DNA of 64,000 nucleotides from Anaerolineales bacterium (GTDB lineage Bacteria > Chloroflexota > Anaerolineae > Anaerolineales > DRKV01). Below the pieces are notes generated by a model that was not told the DNA's origin, made no database searches, and was given only the letters and a program-made list of their open reading frames with translations. A program made the position numbers and the translations under genes. Position 1 is the stretch's first letter; every line of letters starts with the position of its first letter. Shown here one piece after another: positions 1 to 9,509 of this stretch. The DNA is taken from contig DAOUFY010000123.1 of assembly GCA_034429745.1 (NCBI GenBank), forward strand, positions 895 through 64,894. Reading direction: 5' to 3'.

Positions 1-714
1 AGTGCTGACAGAAAGCCCTAAAGCTTGCGCCTCCTCTACCGTTATCGGGTAATCATGCGTAAACACTCCGCTTGCTAGGGTGGTGGCAATCTTTTCTGCT
101 TTTTCCTCATCCATCTTGTCACGCAGCAATTCAATCACTGTATTTTTCACCTGTTTGATGGCTTTCTTGGCAACATCCGCTAAGATGAGTGTTTCATCAT
201 CAATCTTTTCAATTGGTTTTTGCTCCAATACCTGCAGAATAGAAGCGGCCGGCTGCTGCCCTAATTGCGGATCTACCGGACCCAACACAGCATTACTGTC
301 CATCACAATCTCATCTGCTGCCAAAGCGATCAGCGTGCCGCCGGACATGGCATAGTGCGGCACAAAAACCGTTACCTTTGCCGGGTGCTTTTTCAGCGCA
401 TGAGCAATCTGTTCCGCCGCTAGCACCAAACCGCCCGGTGAATGAACGATCAAATCAATCGGCACATGTTCATCCGTCATCTTAATCGCCCTCAGAATAG
501 CTTCCGAATCATCAATATCAATATACCTGACAAGGGGAAAACCAAGCAAACTCATTGTCTCCTGACGATGTATGAGTGCAATCACCCGGCTGTTCCTTTC
601 CCGTTCAAGGCGGCTGAGCAGTTTAAAACGCTCCATCTCTAAAATCTTTTGACGCAAAATAGGCTGCAGTGAAGAGATGATGAAAAATATCCACAGCAGA
701 GAGAAAAAGTCCAT
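1..714 (-). CDS. ClpP-fold membrane serine protease (SDH/SppA-like family); the C-terminal end runs off the left window edge
   Basis: Absent from the ORF track because it has no in-window stop. My reverse translation from the ATG (comp. 712-714) reads MDFFSLLWIFFIISSLQPILRQKILEMERFKLLSRLERERNSRVIALIHRQETMSLLGFPLVRYIDIDDSEAILRAIKMTDEHVPIDLIVHSPGGLVLAAEQIAHALKKHPAKVTVFVPHYAMSGGTLIALAADEIVM... and stays open to nt 1. It has an N-terminal TM helix plus HSPGG and MSGGT motifs. Confidence 0.7.
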   Translation of the reverse strand, partial: MDFFSLLWIFFIISSLQPILRQKILEMERFKLLSRLERERNSRVIALIHRQETMSLLGFPLVRYIDIDDSEAILRAIKMTDEHVPIDLIVHSPGGLVLAAEQIAHALKKHPAKVTVFVPHYAMSGGTLIALAADEIVMDSNAVLGPVDPQLGQQPAASILQVLEQKPIEKIDDETLILADVAKKAIKQVKNTVIELLRDKMDEEKAEKIATTLASGVFTHDYPITVEEAQALGLSVST

Positions 715-744
715 CAAAACCTCCTTTTTACTTAGCGTTCAAGT

Positions 745-1440
745 TTACCAAGGATAATACTCATCAACATACGTTCGGCGTACATAATGCCTTTTAGCAA
801 ACAAAGGAGCTACTATCATTCCAGCTAAAAATCCGCCGATATGAGCCCACCAAGCCACTCCGCCAAATGCTTGCACCCCGCTCACCACTGTAAACAAACC
901 ATTGAGCAGTTGTGAGAAAAACCACATCCCTAGGTAAATCATTGCCGGGATTTCAATAAACCATGGCAAAAAGAACAAAGGCACTAAGGTAATCACTCGT
1001 GCGGTAGGGAAAAAGAGCACATACGCTGCCAGCACTCCGCTAATTGCTCCGCTTGCTCCAATCGTAGGCATGCTGGAATTTGGGTTGAATCCAATATGCA
1101 CAAAAGCAGCCACAAGACCGCACAGCAGATAAAACAGCAAATACCGGAAACTGCCCATCCTATCTTCCACGTTATCGCCAAAAATATACAGTGCCAGCAT
1201 ATTGCTGATCAAATGTGCCCAGCCGCCATGCAAAAACATCGAAGTAAAAATAGTAATGAAGTTATAAAGGTTATGTTGATGAATAAAGCGGGCAGGTACA
1301 ACCCCAAAGACATTCACCAATAATTCGCTCCCTCTTCCCAAAGAGAGCATAAACATAAAAGCCAGCACATTAAGCGTGATTAACATCCAGTTAACCACCG
1401 ACAGCGAGCGTGCATGAACCGTATCTCGGATGGGTATCAT
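745..1440 (-). CDS. Rhomboid-family intramembrane serine protease
   Basis: 231-aa polytopic membrane ORF. It carries the catalytic GASGAISGV (GxSG) motif, a downstream AHIGGFLAG histidine and a WAHLISNMLALYIFG helix. An AAGGAG Shine-Dalgarno (SD) lies 5 nt before the ATG. Confidence 0.85.
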   Translation of the reverse strand: MIPIRDTVHARSLSVVNWMLITLNVLAFMFMLSLGRGSELLVNVFGVVPARFIHQHNLYNFITIFTSMFLHGGWAHLISNMLALYIFGDNVEDRMGSFRYLLFYLLCGLVAAFVHIGFNPNSSMPTIGASGAISGVLAAYVLFFPTARVITLVPLFFLPWFIEIPAMIYLGMWFFSQLLNGLFTVVSGVQAFGGVAWWAHIGGFLAGMIVAPLFAKRHYVRRTYVDEYYPW

Positions 1441-1597
1441 CTTTGCTCCTTATATCCAATCCACTTCAACAAAACTAAAAAACTGCTGTACCAAAAACAC
1501 AAGTTTCTCCGTTCATATTTCAGGTAAAAACGCTGAAAATTCAGCATTCAAGGTTGCTCAATTATAACATCAAAAAAATCTTGCCCTGCCTAAAATA

Positions 1598-1606
1598 TGG
1601 TACAAT
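1598..1606 (+). promoter_or_regulatory. Extended -10 promoter element TGgTACAAT upstream of glmU
   Basis: TGgTACAAT was read directly. It belongs to the same motif class found upstream of four other operons in this window. Confidence 0.45.
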
Positions 1607-1656
1607 TAGCGCACTGCATCATATTATTCTATTCCTTGAAAAAGGAGCACCTTAGC

Positions 1657-3006
1657 ATGGATGTTCAATCAATCATTTTGGCAGCCGGCCAAGGAGTGCG
1701 GATGCACTCTAAACTGCCAAAAATTCTGCACCCCTTGCTGGGCAAACCGTTAATCTTTTATGCCATTGAAGCGGCTGAAAAAGTTACCCAAAGTCCTCCC
1801 TTGCTTGTCATTGGCCATGGAGCGGAGGCAGTTCGCCAAACCGTTGGTGAGCGCGTACGCTATGTCCTGCAGGAACGGCAGCTAGGCACTGCTCATGCTG
1901 TCCAGCAAGCTATGCCCCTGCTGAAAGATGGACCGGCATTGATCTTGGTAACATACGGGGACATGCCGCTGCTCACTGCCGAGACTCTGCAACGCCTCAT
2001 TCAAACCCAGCAGCAGCACCGCGGTCCCATCACAATGCTTACTGTACACCTCGAGGATGCCCATGGCTTTGGGCGCGTCATCCGCTCATCAAATGGGGAT
2101 GTTCAAGCCATCGTTGAAGAAGCTCAAGCCACACCTCAGCAGCTGAAGATCAATGAGTTAAATGTAGGCGTTTATTGTTTTTCACGCGATTGGCTGCTTT
2201 CAGCGTTGCCTCAGGTGCCTTTGTCTCCCAAAGGGGAATACTACCTTACAGACTTGATCGGGTTAGCCGTCGCTCAAGGATTAAGCGTTGCTGCCCTCGC
2301 CCTTACCGATTCGCATGAAGCTATTGGAGTAAATAATCGCCTTCACCTAGCTGAAGCAGCTGCAATTTTGCGGCAGCGCATCAACCGCCATTGGATGCTG
2401 AACGGCGTTACTTTAGAAGACCCAGCTACCATTACAATCGAACCCGAAGTGCAAATCGGACAAGATACCATTATCGCTGCCAATACCCATTTACGCGGCA
2501 AAACAACTATCGGTGAGGATTGCCTTATAGGACCTAATACCATCATAGAAGATTCCCAAATCGGCAACCGCTGCCAAGTATTCGCTTCGGTACTCGAGCA
2601 TGCAAAGCTGGAAGATGATGTTGATGTAGGTCCATTTTCCCACCTGCGCAAAGGAGCTCACTGTGCCCAAGGGGTACATATTGGCAATTTCGGTGAAATC
2701 AAACAATCCTACTTAGGACCTCACACCAAAATGGGGCATTTCTCTTATATCGGCGATGCAACGATTGGGGCAAATGTTAACATTGGCTGCGGTACAATCA
2801 CCTGCAATTATGATGGCACAAAGAAGAACCACACAGAAATCGGGGATAATGTCTTCATCGGCAGTGATACGATGCTGGTTGCGCCAGTAAAGATGGGCAA
2901 AGGAGCGCGTACGGGCGCCGGCGCGGTAGTTACCCGCGACATCCCGGAAAACGCTCTAGCCATTGGAGTACCAGCCCGCGTCAAAAGCACAAAAATCAGT
3001 GAATGA
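1657..3006 (+). CDS. glmU: Bifunctional UDP-N-acetylglucosamine pyrophosphorylase / glucosamine-1-phosphate N-acetyltransferase
   Basis: N-terminal nucleotidyltransferase loop LAAGQGVRM, then C-terminal hexapeptide (left-handed beta-helix) repeats. I moved the start to ATG 1657 (AAAAGGAG upstream) because the ORF-track start at 1597 overlaps the -10 box. Confidence 0.9.
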   Translation: MDVQSIILAAGQGVRMHSKLPKILHPLLGKPLIFYAIEAAEKVTQSPPLLVIGHGAEAVRQTVGERVRYVLQERQLGTAHAVQQAMPLLKDGPALILVTYGDMPLLTAETLQRLIQTQQQHRGPITMLTVHLEDAHGFGRVIRSSNGDVQAIVEEAQATPQQLKINELNVGVYCFSRDWLLSALPQVPLSPKGEYYLTDLIGLAVAQGLSVAALALTDSHEAIGVNNRLHLAEAAAILRQRINRHWMLNGVTLEDPATITIEPEVQIGQDTIIAANTHLRGKTTIGEDCLIGPNTIIEDSQIGNRCQVFASVLEHAKLEDDVDVGPFSHLRKGAHCAQGVHIGNFGEIKQSYLGPHTKMGHFSYIGDATIGANVNIGCGTITCNYDGTKKNHTEIGDNVFIGSDTMLVAPVKMGKGARTGAGAVVTRDIPENALAIGVPARVKSTKISE

Positions 3007-4318
3007 TATTACTTTCCTTTTTCTCCTGATTTTATTTATTTTTATTATCGTAGATATTTTTCTCTACGGAGCAATTTCTGCGCTTTCTGGAGTAAGCCGC
3101 GCGCGGCTTATATCTCTCCAAGAAGAGCAGCCGCAGGCTGTCCAGAAGATCTTCTCCTTGATTGATGCGCCGCTGCGTTGGTTTTCTGCGATTACCAGCT
3201 TGCAATGGGCGCGCAGAATCATCCTGCTTCTTATGTTCCTCTCAATCTACATCATGCTGTTCTGGTTGCTGCCCGAATCCGGTGAACTGCCATTGCTGCA
3301 GGTTTTCAGCAGCCGATCTTTTCTGCTGTGGCTCGCAGCCATGTTGCTTTTAAGTATCCTTCTGGCTTGGGCAGAGATGATCACAACCCAAATCATTCAG
3401 CAAAACCCTGAACGTTGGGCATTGCGGTGGATTGATTATATTCACTACTTAGAACGCGGTTTCTCTCCCTTTCTGGTGCCGGCGCTGCTGCTTTCACCCG
3501 CAAAGCAATCCTTCACGCAATTCCGCCACCTTGTAACCGAAGATGAACTTAAATCTATGGTTGATGCCAGCGAACAAGGCGGTGTCCTGGAGCAAGAAGA
3601 AAGAAAAATGATCTATTCTATCTTTGAACTGGGAGATACTGTTGTAAGGGAGATTATGGTACCGCGCATTGACATCGTTGCTTTGCCAAGCCAAGCTTCC
3701 ATATCTGATGCTTTGCAAACCCTAAACGAAAGCGGCTTTTCTCGCGTGCCGGTTTATGAAGAAACCATTGATAATATCCTAGGCATTCTCTATGCGAAAG
3801 ACCTGCTCAAGCTTATCAGTCTCCCTCAGCAAACCCATCAGGAACTCAGCTCCATTTTGCGCAAAGCTTATTTTGTCCCCGAAGCAAAAAAAGTGGATGA
3901 ATTGCTAGAAGAAATGCAAACCAATCACGTCCACCTGGCAATCGCAGTAGATGAATACGGCGGGGTAGCTGGGCTTGTAACGCTAGAAGATATTATCGAA
4001 GAAATCATTGGCGACATTCGCGATGAATTTGACGAAGGTGAAGAAATTTATTATCAGCAGATAGGAGAAGACGACTACCTCTGTTCCGGCAAAATGGATA
4101 TTGACGACGTGAACGATTTGTTCGGCAGCAATCTGCCGACCGATGAAGCTGACACCTTAGCCGGCTTAATCTATCAATTATTAGGTCGCATTCCCACCGA
4201 AAAAGAAACCATCACTGTTGACGATCTGCTGCTCACTCCCGTTCAAGTACATAAACGACGCATTCGCCAAGTGCGGGTGCAAAGAATTCCTCAAGGAGAC
4301 AAAAATGATCAATCCTGA
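2963..4318 (+). CDS. Hemolysin/CorC family protein (DUF21 membrane domain, CBS pair, CorC_HlyC C-terminal domain)
   Basis: Architecture: N-terminal TM helices, a CBS-pair region (VREIMVPRIDIV ... SRVPVYEETIDNILGILYAKDLL) and a C-terminal transporter-associated domain. The start is uncertain. The ORF-track start is a TTG at 2963, and an in-frame GTG at 2999 would give a GTGAATGA overlap with the glmU stop. Confidence 0.8.
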   Translation: MEYQPASKAQKSVNDITFLFLLILFIFIIVDIFLYGAISALSGVSRARLISLQEEQPQAVQKIFSLIDAPLRWFSAITSLQWARRIILLLMFLSIYIMLFWLLPESGELPLLQVFSSRSFLLWLAAMLLLSILLAWAEMITTQIIQQNPERWALRWIDYIHYLERGFSPFLVPALLLSPAKQSFTQFRHLVTEDELKSMVDASEQGGVLEQEERKMIYSIFELGDTVVREIMVPRIDIVALPSQASISDALQTLNESGFSRVPVYEETIDNILGILYAKDLLKLISLPQQTHQELSSILRKAYFVPEAKKVDELLEEMQTNHVHLAIAVDEYGGVAGLVTLEDIIEEIIGDIRDEFDEGEEIYYQQIGEDDYLCSGKMDIDDVNDLFGSNLPTDEADTLAGLIYQLLGRIPTEKETITVDDLLLTPVQVHKRRIRQVRVQRIPQGDKNDQS

Positions 4319-4709
4319 ACAGCGATCTGCAATTATTCAAGCTGCCTTAGCAGCTCGAACAAAAGCCTACGCACCCTACTCAAATTATGCCGTAGGAGCT
4401 GCTTTGCTTACCCGCAGCGGTAAAATCTTCAGCGGCGTCAACGTAGAAAACAGTTCATACCCCCTTACCCTTTGTGCCGAACGTACCGCAGTGGTCAAAG
4501 CTGTCTCAGAAGGTGAGAGAGAATTCTTAGCCATTGCTGTAGCCACTGAAGACGGCGGTTCACCCTGCGGAGCTTGCCGTCAGGTGCTGGCAGAGTTCGG
4601 GCTAGACCTCCTCGTGCTGATGATTAATGCTCAAGGTAATGTCATCCACGAAGTAAACCTTAGAGAATTACTGCCTTATGCTTTCTACCTACGGCATGAA
4701 AACCCGTAG
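4305..4709 (+). CDS. cdd: Cytidine deaminase
   Basis: Zinc-site motifs CAERTA and PCGACRQ. I set the start at ATG 4305 (AAGGAGAC SD) rather than the ORF-track start at 4218, which lies inside the upstream gene. Confidence 0.9.
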   Translation: MINPEQRSAIIQAALAARTKAYAPYSNYAVGAALLTRSGKIFSGVNVENSSYPLTLCAERTAVVKAVSEGEREFLAIAVATEDGGSPCGACRQVLAEFGLDLLVLMINAQGNVIHEVNLRELLPYAFYLRHENP

Positions 4710-4777
4710 TTTTTTAGCATTAACCTGCTTTACTCATAAATAAAGATACGCACTCATCAAAAAAGGAGTAATTTTTT

Positions 4778-5959
4778 ATGGATATTTTCGAGAAATGCTA
4801 TCAATTTACAGAAGCAAAAGAAGCAATTGAAAAAGGCATTTATCCCTATTTTTTGGCTCTTTCAGAAAACGAAGGCAGCGAGTCAGTATTCCGCGGCAAA
4901 CGGGTCATTATGTGCGGTTCAAACAATTACCTTGGGCTGACAACTCACCCCAAAGTCAAAGAGGCTGCCTGCCAAGCGTTAAAACGCTTTGGCACAAGCT
5001 GCACCGGCTCGCGTTTCCTCAACGGTACGCTGGAACTACATGAGCAATTAGAACACGAACTAGCAGAATGGGTCAGAAAGCCGGCTGCACTCATATTTTC
5101 TACAGGTATGCAGACCAATCTTGGCACCATCAGTGCCCTCGTAGGACGTGGCGATTACGTCATCCTAGACAAGCAGGATCATGCCAGCATTGTAGATGGT
5201 GCGCGTTTATCCTTCGGCAAAATTGTACGCTTCAATCACAACGACCTTCAGCACTTTGAAAAAGCGCTTGCCTCCATTCCACCTGAAGCCGGCAAACTTG
5301 TTGTTGTAGATGGACTGTACAGCATGGAAGGTGACCTCGCTCCCCTCCCCGACATGATCCCCATAATGCAAAAGTATCAAGCTCGCATCATGGTGGATGA
5401 TGCCCACGGCATGGGTGTTTTTGGTGGTGGACGCGGTGTAGCAGAACACTTTGGTGTAACCGATAAAATTGACCTGATCATGTCCACCTTCAGCAAGTCT
5501 TTCGCTTCACTTGGTGGTTTCATTGCTGGTGATGCAGATGTAGTGCATTACATCAAACACTTTGCCCGCGCCTTAATCTTCTCTGCCAGCATCCCCCCCG
5601 CCAACACAGCGGCTGCGCTAGCTGCCCTGCAGGTCATGCGAGAAGAACCTGAACGAATCGAAAGAGTTAACCGCAACGCAGAAAAAATGCGCAAAGGCTT
5701 CCGCGAACTTGGTTTCAATATTGGCAGGTCTGTTTCCCCCATCATACCCATCATCATTGGCGACGATCAGCTTACTTTCCTCACCTGGAAGCTCCTGCTT
5801 GATAACGGTGTTTTTGTCAACCCTGTCATATCACCTGCAGTACCTGTCGGCATGCAGCTGCTGCGCACCAGCTACATGGCTACCCACACTGATGAGCAGT
5901 TGGATAAAGTGCTCGAAGTGTTTGAAAAAGTAGGCAAACAAGTCGGGTTAATAAATTAA
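4778..5959 (+). CDS. PLP-dependent alpha-oxoamine synthase, serine-palmitoyltransferase/KBL-like
   Basis: Motifs NNYLGL, GSRFLNGT, FSTGMQTNLG, DHASIVDG and VRFNHND, with the PLP lysine in STFSKSFASLGGF. AAGGAG SD upstream. Confidence 0.8.
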   Translation: MDIFEKCYQFTEAKEAIEKGIYPYFLALSENEGSESVFRGKRVIMCGSNNYLGLTTHPKVKEAACQALKRFGTSCTGSRFLNGTLELHEQLEHELAEWVRKPAALIFSTGMQTNLGTISALVGRGDYVILDKQDHASIVDGARLSFGKIVRFNHNDLQHFEKALASIPPEAGKLVVVDGLYSMEGDLAPLPDMIPIMQKYQARIMVDDAHGMGVFGGGRGVAEHFGVTDKIDLIMSTFSKSFASLGGFIAGDADVVHYIKHFARALIFSASIPPANTAAALAALQVMREEPERIERVNRNAEKMRKGFRELGFNIGRSVSPIIPIIIGDDQLTFLTWKLLLDNGVFVNPVISPAVPVGMQLLRTSYMATHTDEQLDKVLEVFEKVGKQVGLIN

Positions 5960-6004
5960 ACTTTGAAGGAAAATGAAGAAAAACTGTCTTCGGTACAGTA
6001 ATCT

Positions 6005-6307
6005 TTCCCCTCTCCCCTTGTGGGAGAGGGGTTTGGGGTGAGGGTTTAATAAGCACGATCATCCCTCCCCTCTTGTGAGAGAAGATCCTCGGGACACAGT
6101 CCTAATATCCCACTCCTTTCCCCTTGCAGATGAGCATTCTGCAGTGAGTTTCACCCCCCTCTCCCCTCGTGGGAGAGAGGCCGGGTAGTTGTCTTTTGGG
6201 TATTCACAGCGCCGTATTCCCTCTCCCCTCGTGGGAGAAAAGCCCACGGAATGCAGGCTTAATATCCCCCCTCTCCCCTTTGTGGGAGAGGGGCCGGGGG
6301 TGAGGGC
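6005..6307. repeat. Cluster of five REP-like palindromic hairpin units (consensus CCCCTCTCCCC-N4-GGGAGAGGGG followed by a G-rich tail)
   Basis: Units at about 6007-6045, 6063-6084 (degenerate), 6154-6186, 6218-6245 and 6266-6307. The arms are exact reverse complements in units 1 and 5. Spacing is irregular and the cluster is intergenic. Confidence 0.85.
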
Positions 6308-6349
6308 TCCAAAGTACCCCCCCATGTCTCCCTGCTTGCTTTCGTCCAT

Positions 6350-6360
6350 TGTGGTATAAT
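6350..6360 (+). promoter_or_regulatory. Extended -10 promoter (TGTGGTATAAT) for the ABC transporter operon
   Basis: TTGTGGTATAATTACAA lies 30 nt upstream of ATG 6390. It is nearly identical to the ugd promoter motif at 25394-25410. Confidence 0.55.
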
Positions 6361-6389
6361 TACAAATCTAGCCACAAGGAGACAATACC

Positions 6390-7106
6390 ATGATCGAATT
6401 GCAGGATGTGCATAAGCATTACCGTAGTGAAGCAGGTCCTGTGATCGCACTCAACGGCATCAACCTCATTATTCAAACCGCTGAATATGTTGCTGTTTTG
6501 GGCAAATCCGGGGCCGGTAAGACCACCTTAGTGAACATGATCACTGCTCTTGATCGTCCAACGCAAGGCAAAATCTACATTGATGGCATAGCTGTCCACC
6601 AACTTAACGAAGCTCAAGCTGCTGCTTGGCGCGGCAAAAACATCGGCATTATCTTTGAATCATTTCATTTAATCCCTAGCTTAACCGTTTTGCAAAATGT
6701 AACTATGCCAATGGATTTTGCCCATTACGGCAGTCTGCAGCAGCGCAAAAGAAGAGCCTTAGCGTTATTGGAGCAGGTTGGCATAGCCGAGCATGCCAAT
6801 AAATACCCCAACGCGGTTTCCGGAGGGCAACAGCAGCGGATTGCTATTGCTCGTGCTTTAGCCAACGATCCTCCCATTCTCATTGCCGACGAACCCACTG
6901 GGCGGCTTGATTCAGTTACGGCGAAGGCAATTTATGAAATATTCTCCAACCTCTCGGCTGAGGGAAAAACCATAATCGTGATGACCCACGATCCCGACTT
7001 AGCCCAACGCGCTCAGCGCATCATTACCATTCACGATGGAATGATTATGAGCGATACCAATGCCACACAAGGAGTTCACCATGCTGCTGCCGTCGCCTTG
7101 GTATAA
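6390..7106 (+). CDS. ABC transporter ATP-binding protein (MacB/LolD-like)
   Basis: Walker A GKSGAGKTT, signature VSGGQQQRIAIARAL and Walker B ILIADEPTG. Confidence 0.9.
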   Translation: MIELQDVHKHYRSEAGPVIALNGINLIIQTAEYVAVLGKSGAGKTTLVNMITALDRPTQGKIYIDGIAVHQLNEAQAAAWRGKNIGIIFESFHLIPSLTVLQNVTMPMDFAHYGSLQQRKRRALALLEQVGIAEHANKYPNAVSGGQQQRIAIARALANDPPILIADEPTGRLDSVTAKAIYEIFSNLSAEGKTIIVMTHDPDLAQRAQRIITIHDGMIMSDTNATQGVHHAAAVALV

Positions 7107-9489
7107 AGTCCTACATGATATATGGAGCAATAAGACCCGCTCGATTCTTATTGTTCTATCCATAACCGTAGGGTTATTTGCTGTTGGTACAACCATCAAT
7201 TCCCGCAGCATCCTTTCGGTAGAGCTAGCTAAAAATTTCGCTCGTGTCAATCCATCCAGCGGTGTTGTGCGCACACTCGAATCATTCGACGAAGACTTTG
7301 TCCACTCTGTACGCCGCATGGATGAAGTTGCTGACGCAGACGCACGTCGTATTTTTACCGTGCGTGTCTATGTGCCTCAGCAAGAGCAATGGCGCGACCT
7401 TACCGTGTTTGCCCTCAAAGATTATAAAGATATCCGCGTCAACAAAATTTTTCCTATCAGTGGTGCATATCCTCCTGCCAAACGGGAAATTCTCATTGAG
7501 CGTTCTAGTGTTGGTTTCCTGAACGTAAAAGAAGGTGATCTCCTGATTATGGAAACCGCAGACCGTAAACACTGCACCATGCGTATTGCTGGTATTGTTC
7601 ACGATCTAGTTCAACTTCCTTCCCAAATTGATGGTACTCCTTATGGCTATGTCTCTTTTGACGGCTTGGATTGTTTCGGAGAACCACAAGGGTTTAACGA
7701 GCTGGCTGTTGTAGCAAAAAATGCTAAAGATAAAGCTCGCGCCCAACAAATTATCAATATGGTTAAGGACAAAGCCGAGCGCAGCGGTTACACCATTCCA
7801 CTCAGCTTGGTAGCCGAGCCGGGTCAGGTTCCTTTGGATGATGTCCTTCAAACCATTATCCTCGTGCTCAGTGGACTGGGCTTATTCTCTCTCTTGCTCA
7901 GTGCCTTCCTAATTATCAACACCTTCACCTCCATGATTGCCCAACAAATCCGTCAAATTGGCATTATGAAAGCGGTTGGGGCAAGTCGTGCCCAAATCAT
8001 GGGGTTGTATCTCGCGCTAGTCCTTTGTTTTGCTGCAGTCGCAACTCTCATCTCTATCCCTTTAGGCATTATTGGCGCAGAAAAATTGAGCAAATTCATG
8101 GCATCTTATTTTAATTTCGACCTCACCCAAGTAGATCTTCCAACTAAAGCCATCTCAATCCAGCTTGTCGTCGGCTTGCTTGTACCGTTCCTCTCAGCTT
8201 TATATCCGCTATTGACAAATTTAAGCATTTCAGCTGCAGAAGCAATGAATGCCGTACCCATGAGCAGGACTCTTGCAAAGACTAGCCGCTTTGAACTGAT
8301 TGTAGAAGGCGGCAGCTTGTTGTTCAATCGGTTTTTTCTATCTTGTCCACTGATTATTGCCTTCCGCAACACCTTTCGATCAAAAGGAAGATTGCTGCTT
8401 ACAATTGCCACGCTTTCGTTTGCTGGCGCAATATTCACTAATGTATTCAGCATCAATGCCTCCATGATGCGCACCGTTGATGATATGTTGCGCCTTTACG
8501 GTTTTGATCTTTGGATCACCTTCAACAAACCATACCGTTCAGAAGTTCTTATTCAAGAGGCATTGCAAATACCCAACGCAGAAAAAGCTGATGTGTGGCT
8601 GCAGTTTGCCAGCCGGCGCGTGCGCCCCAATGGCACCGAAAGCGGCTTGATCTACATCTTTGCACCAAAGCCAAGATCAGAAATCATCTTACCCCCGACC
8701 ATTACCCAAGGCAGATGGCTTACGTCGGAAGATCGCCATGCCATTGTAATTAATACAAACCTAGTTAAAGAGGAACCCGATCTGCGCCTTGGGAGCGATA
8801 TTACATTAAAAGTCAATGGCAAGGATGAAAGATTTATCATCGTCGGCATCTGTCTGGGTCAAGGTGCACCAATTGCCTATGCCCCGTACGATTACATCGC
8901 TGAAATCAGCGGCAACACCGGCCGAGCAAGCACCTTATTGATCCGCAGCACCCAACACGATCCTGCAAGCATTGCTCATTTTTCCAACCTTGCTGAACAA
9001 AGGCTTCGCAAACTAGGCTTCCGGCTGACAAGCATCATTACCACTTCAAATGAAAGGGAAGAAGCCAAAGCATTCTTTGATATCCTCACCGTATTATTTC
9101 TCTTAATGGCATTGTTGCTTGCCATTGTGGGGGGAATCAGTTTAATGGGAACGATGAGCATCAACGTTATCGAACGCACCCGCGAAATTGGTGTTATGCG
9201 CGCTGTTGGAGCATCAGATCGTAGCGTTGGCTTAATCTTTATCTTAGAAGGATTATTTATTGGCTGTTTAAGCTGGCTGTTAGGTTCATTGGCGTCCTTA
9301 GGCTTAGGCAAATTAACCAGCGACGTGGTAGGAAACTCGCTGTTGGGTGTGCCTCTCTCATACGAGTTTTCCCTGCTCGGCGTAGGAATTTGGTTGATCT
9401 TAGTGGTGATCATCAGCATTGCTTCAAGCTTCATCCCCGCCCGTAATGCCAGCCAACTTACTGTCCGTGAAGTTTTAGCTTATGAATAG
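7081..9489 (+). CDS. ABC transporter permease, duplicated FtsX/MacB-type
   Basis: About 800 aa with two blocks of four TM helices, each preceded by a large extracytoplasmic domain. Start set at ATG 7081 (AAGGAG 6 nt upstream), overlapping the ATPase gene. Confidence 0.8.
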   Translation: MLLPSPWYKVLHDIWSNKTRSILIVLSITVGLFAVGTTINSRSILSVELAKNFARVNPSSGVVRTLESFDEDFVHSVRRMDEVADADARRIFTVRVYVPQQEQWRDLTVFALKDYKDIRVNKIFPISGAYPPAKREILIERSSVGFLNVKEGDLLIMETADRKHCTMRIAGIVHDLVQLPSQIDGTPYGYVSFDGLDCFGEPQGFNELAVVAKNAKDKARAQQIINMVKDKAERSGYTIPLSLVAEPGQVPLDDVLQTIILVLSGLGLFSLLLSAFLIINTFTSMIAQQIRQIGIMKAVGASRAQIMGLYLALVLCFAAVATLISIPLGIIGAEKLSKFMASYFNFDLTQVDLPTKAISIQLVVGLLVPFLSALYPLLTNLSISAAEAMNAVPMSRTLAKTSRFELIVEGGSLLFNRFFLSCPLIIAFRNTFRSKGRLLLTIATLSFAGAIFTNVFSINASMMRTVDDMLRLYGFDLWITFNKPYRSEVLIQEALQIPNAEKADVWLQFASRRVRPNGTESGLIYIFAPKPRSEIILPPTITQGRWLTSEDRHAIVINTNLVKEEPDLRLGSDITLKVNGKDERFIIVGICLGQGAPIAYAPYDYIAEISGNTGRASTLLIRSTQHDPASIAHFSNLAEQRLRKLGFRLTSIITTSNEREEAKAFFDILTVLFLLMALLLAIVGGISLMGTMSINVIERTREIGVMRAVGASDRSVGLIFILEGLFIGCLSWLLGSLASLGLGKLTSDVVGNSLLGVPLSYEFSLLGVGIWLILVVIISIASSFIPARNASQLTVREVLAYE

Positions 9490-9509
9490 TAATTCTTGTC
9501 TGATAATGT

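Noticed and set aside
80-642. Plus-strand ORFs of 91 aa and 66 aa at the left edge
   Set aside because: They are antisense to the open, motif-bearing ClpP-fold protease frame that runs from 714 to the window edge.
1597-1656. Longer N-terminal extensions offered by the ORF track (glmU 1597; also cdd 4218, methyltransferase 26597, kinase 49131, DUF2207-like 20851, 2Fe-2S 41034, FAD 41914, cyclase 43660, DUF1116 44931)
   Set aside because: In each case an internal ATG is preceded at 5-10 nt by an AAGGAGG-type SD. The extension overlaps a promoter, the SD itself or the upstream gene.
6005-6307. Possible CRISPR array, given the repeated ~30-nt units
   Set aside because: Units are irregularly spaced (about 48-93 bp between unit starts). 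They are internally palindromic with variable tails, some are degenerate, and there are no cas genes in the window.
6059-6450. Minus-strand ORFs of 96 aa and 63 aa rich in GERG/PLPQGERG/SPTRGEG
   Set aside because: They are translations of the REP-like palindromes. They have no SD, their composition is dictated by the repeat, and they overlap the ABC-operon promoter and start.
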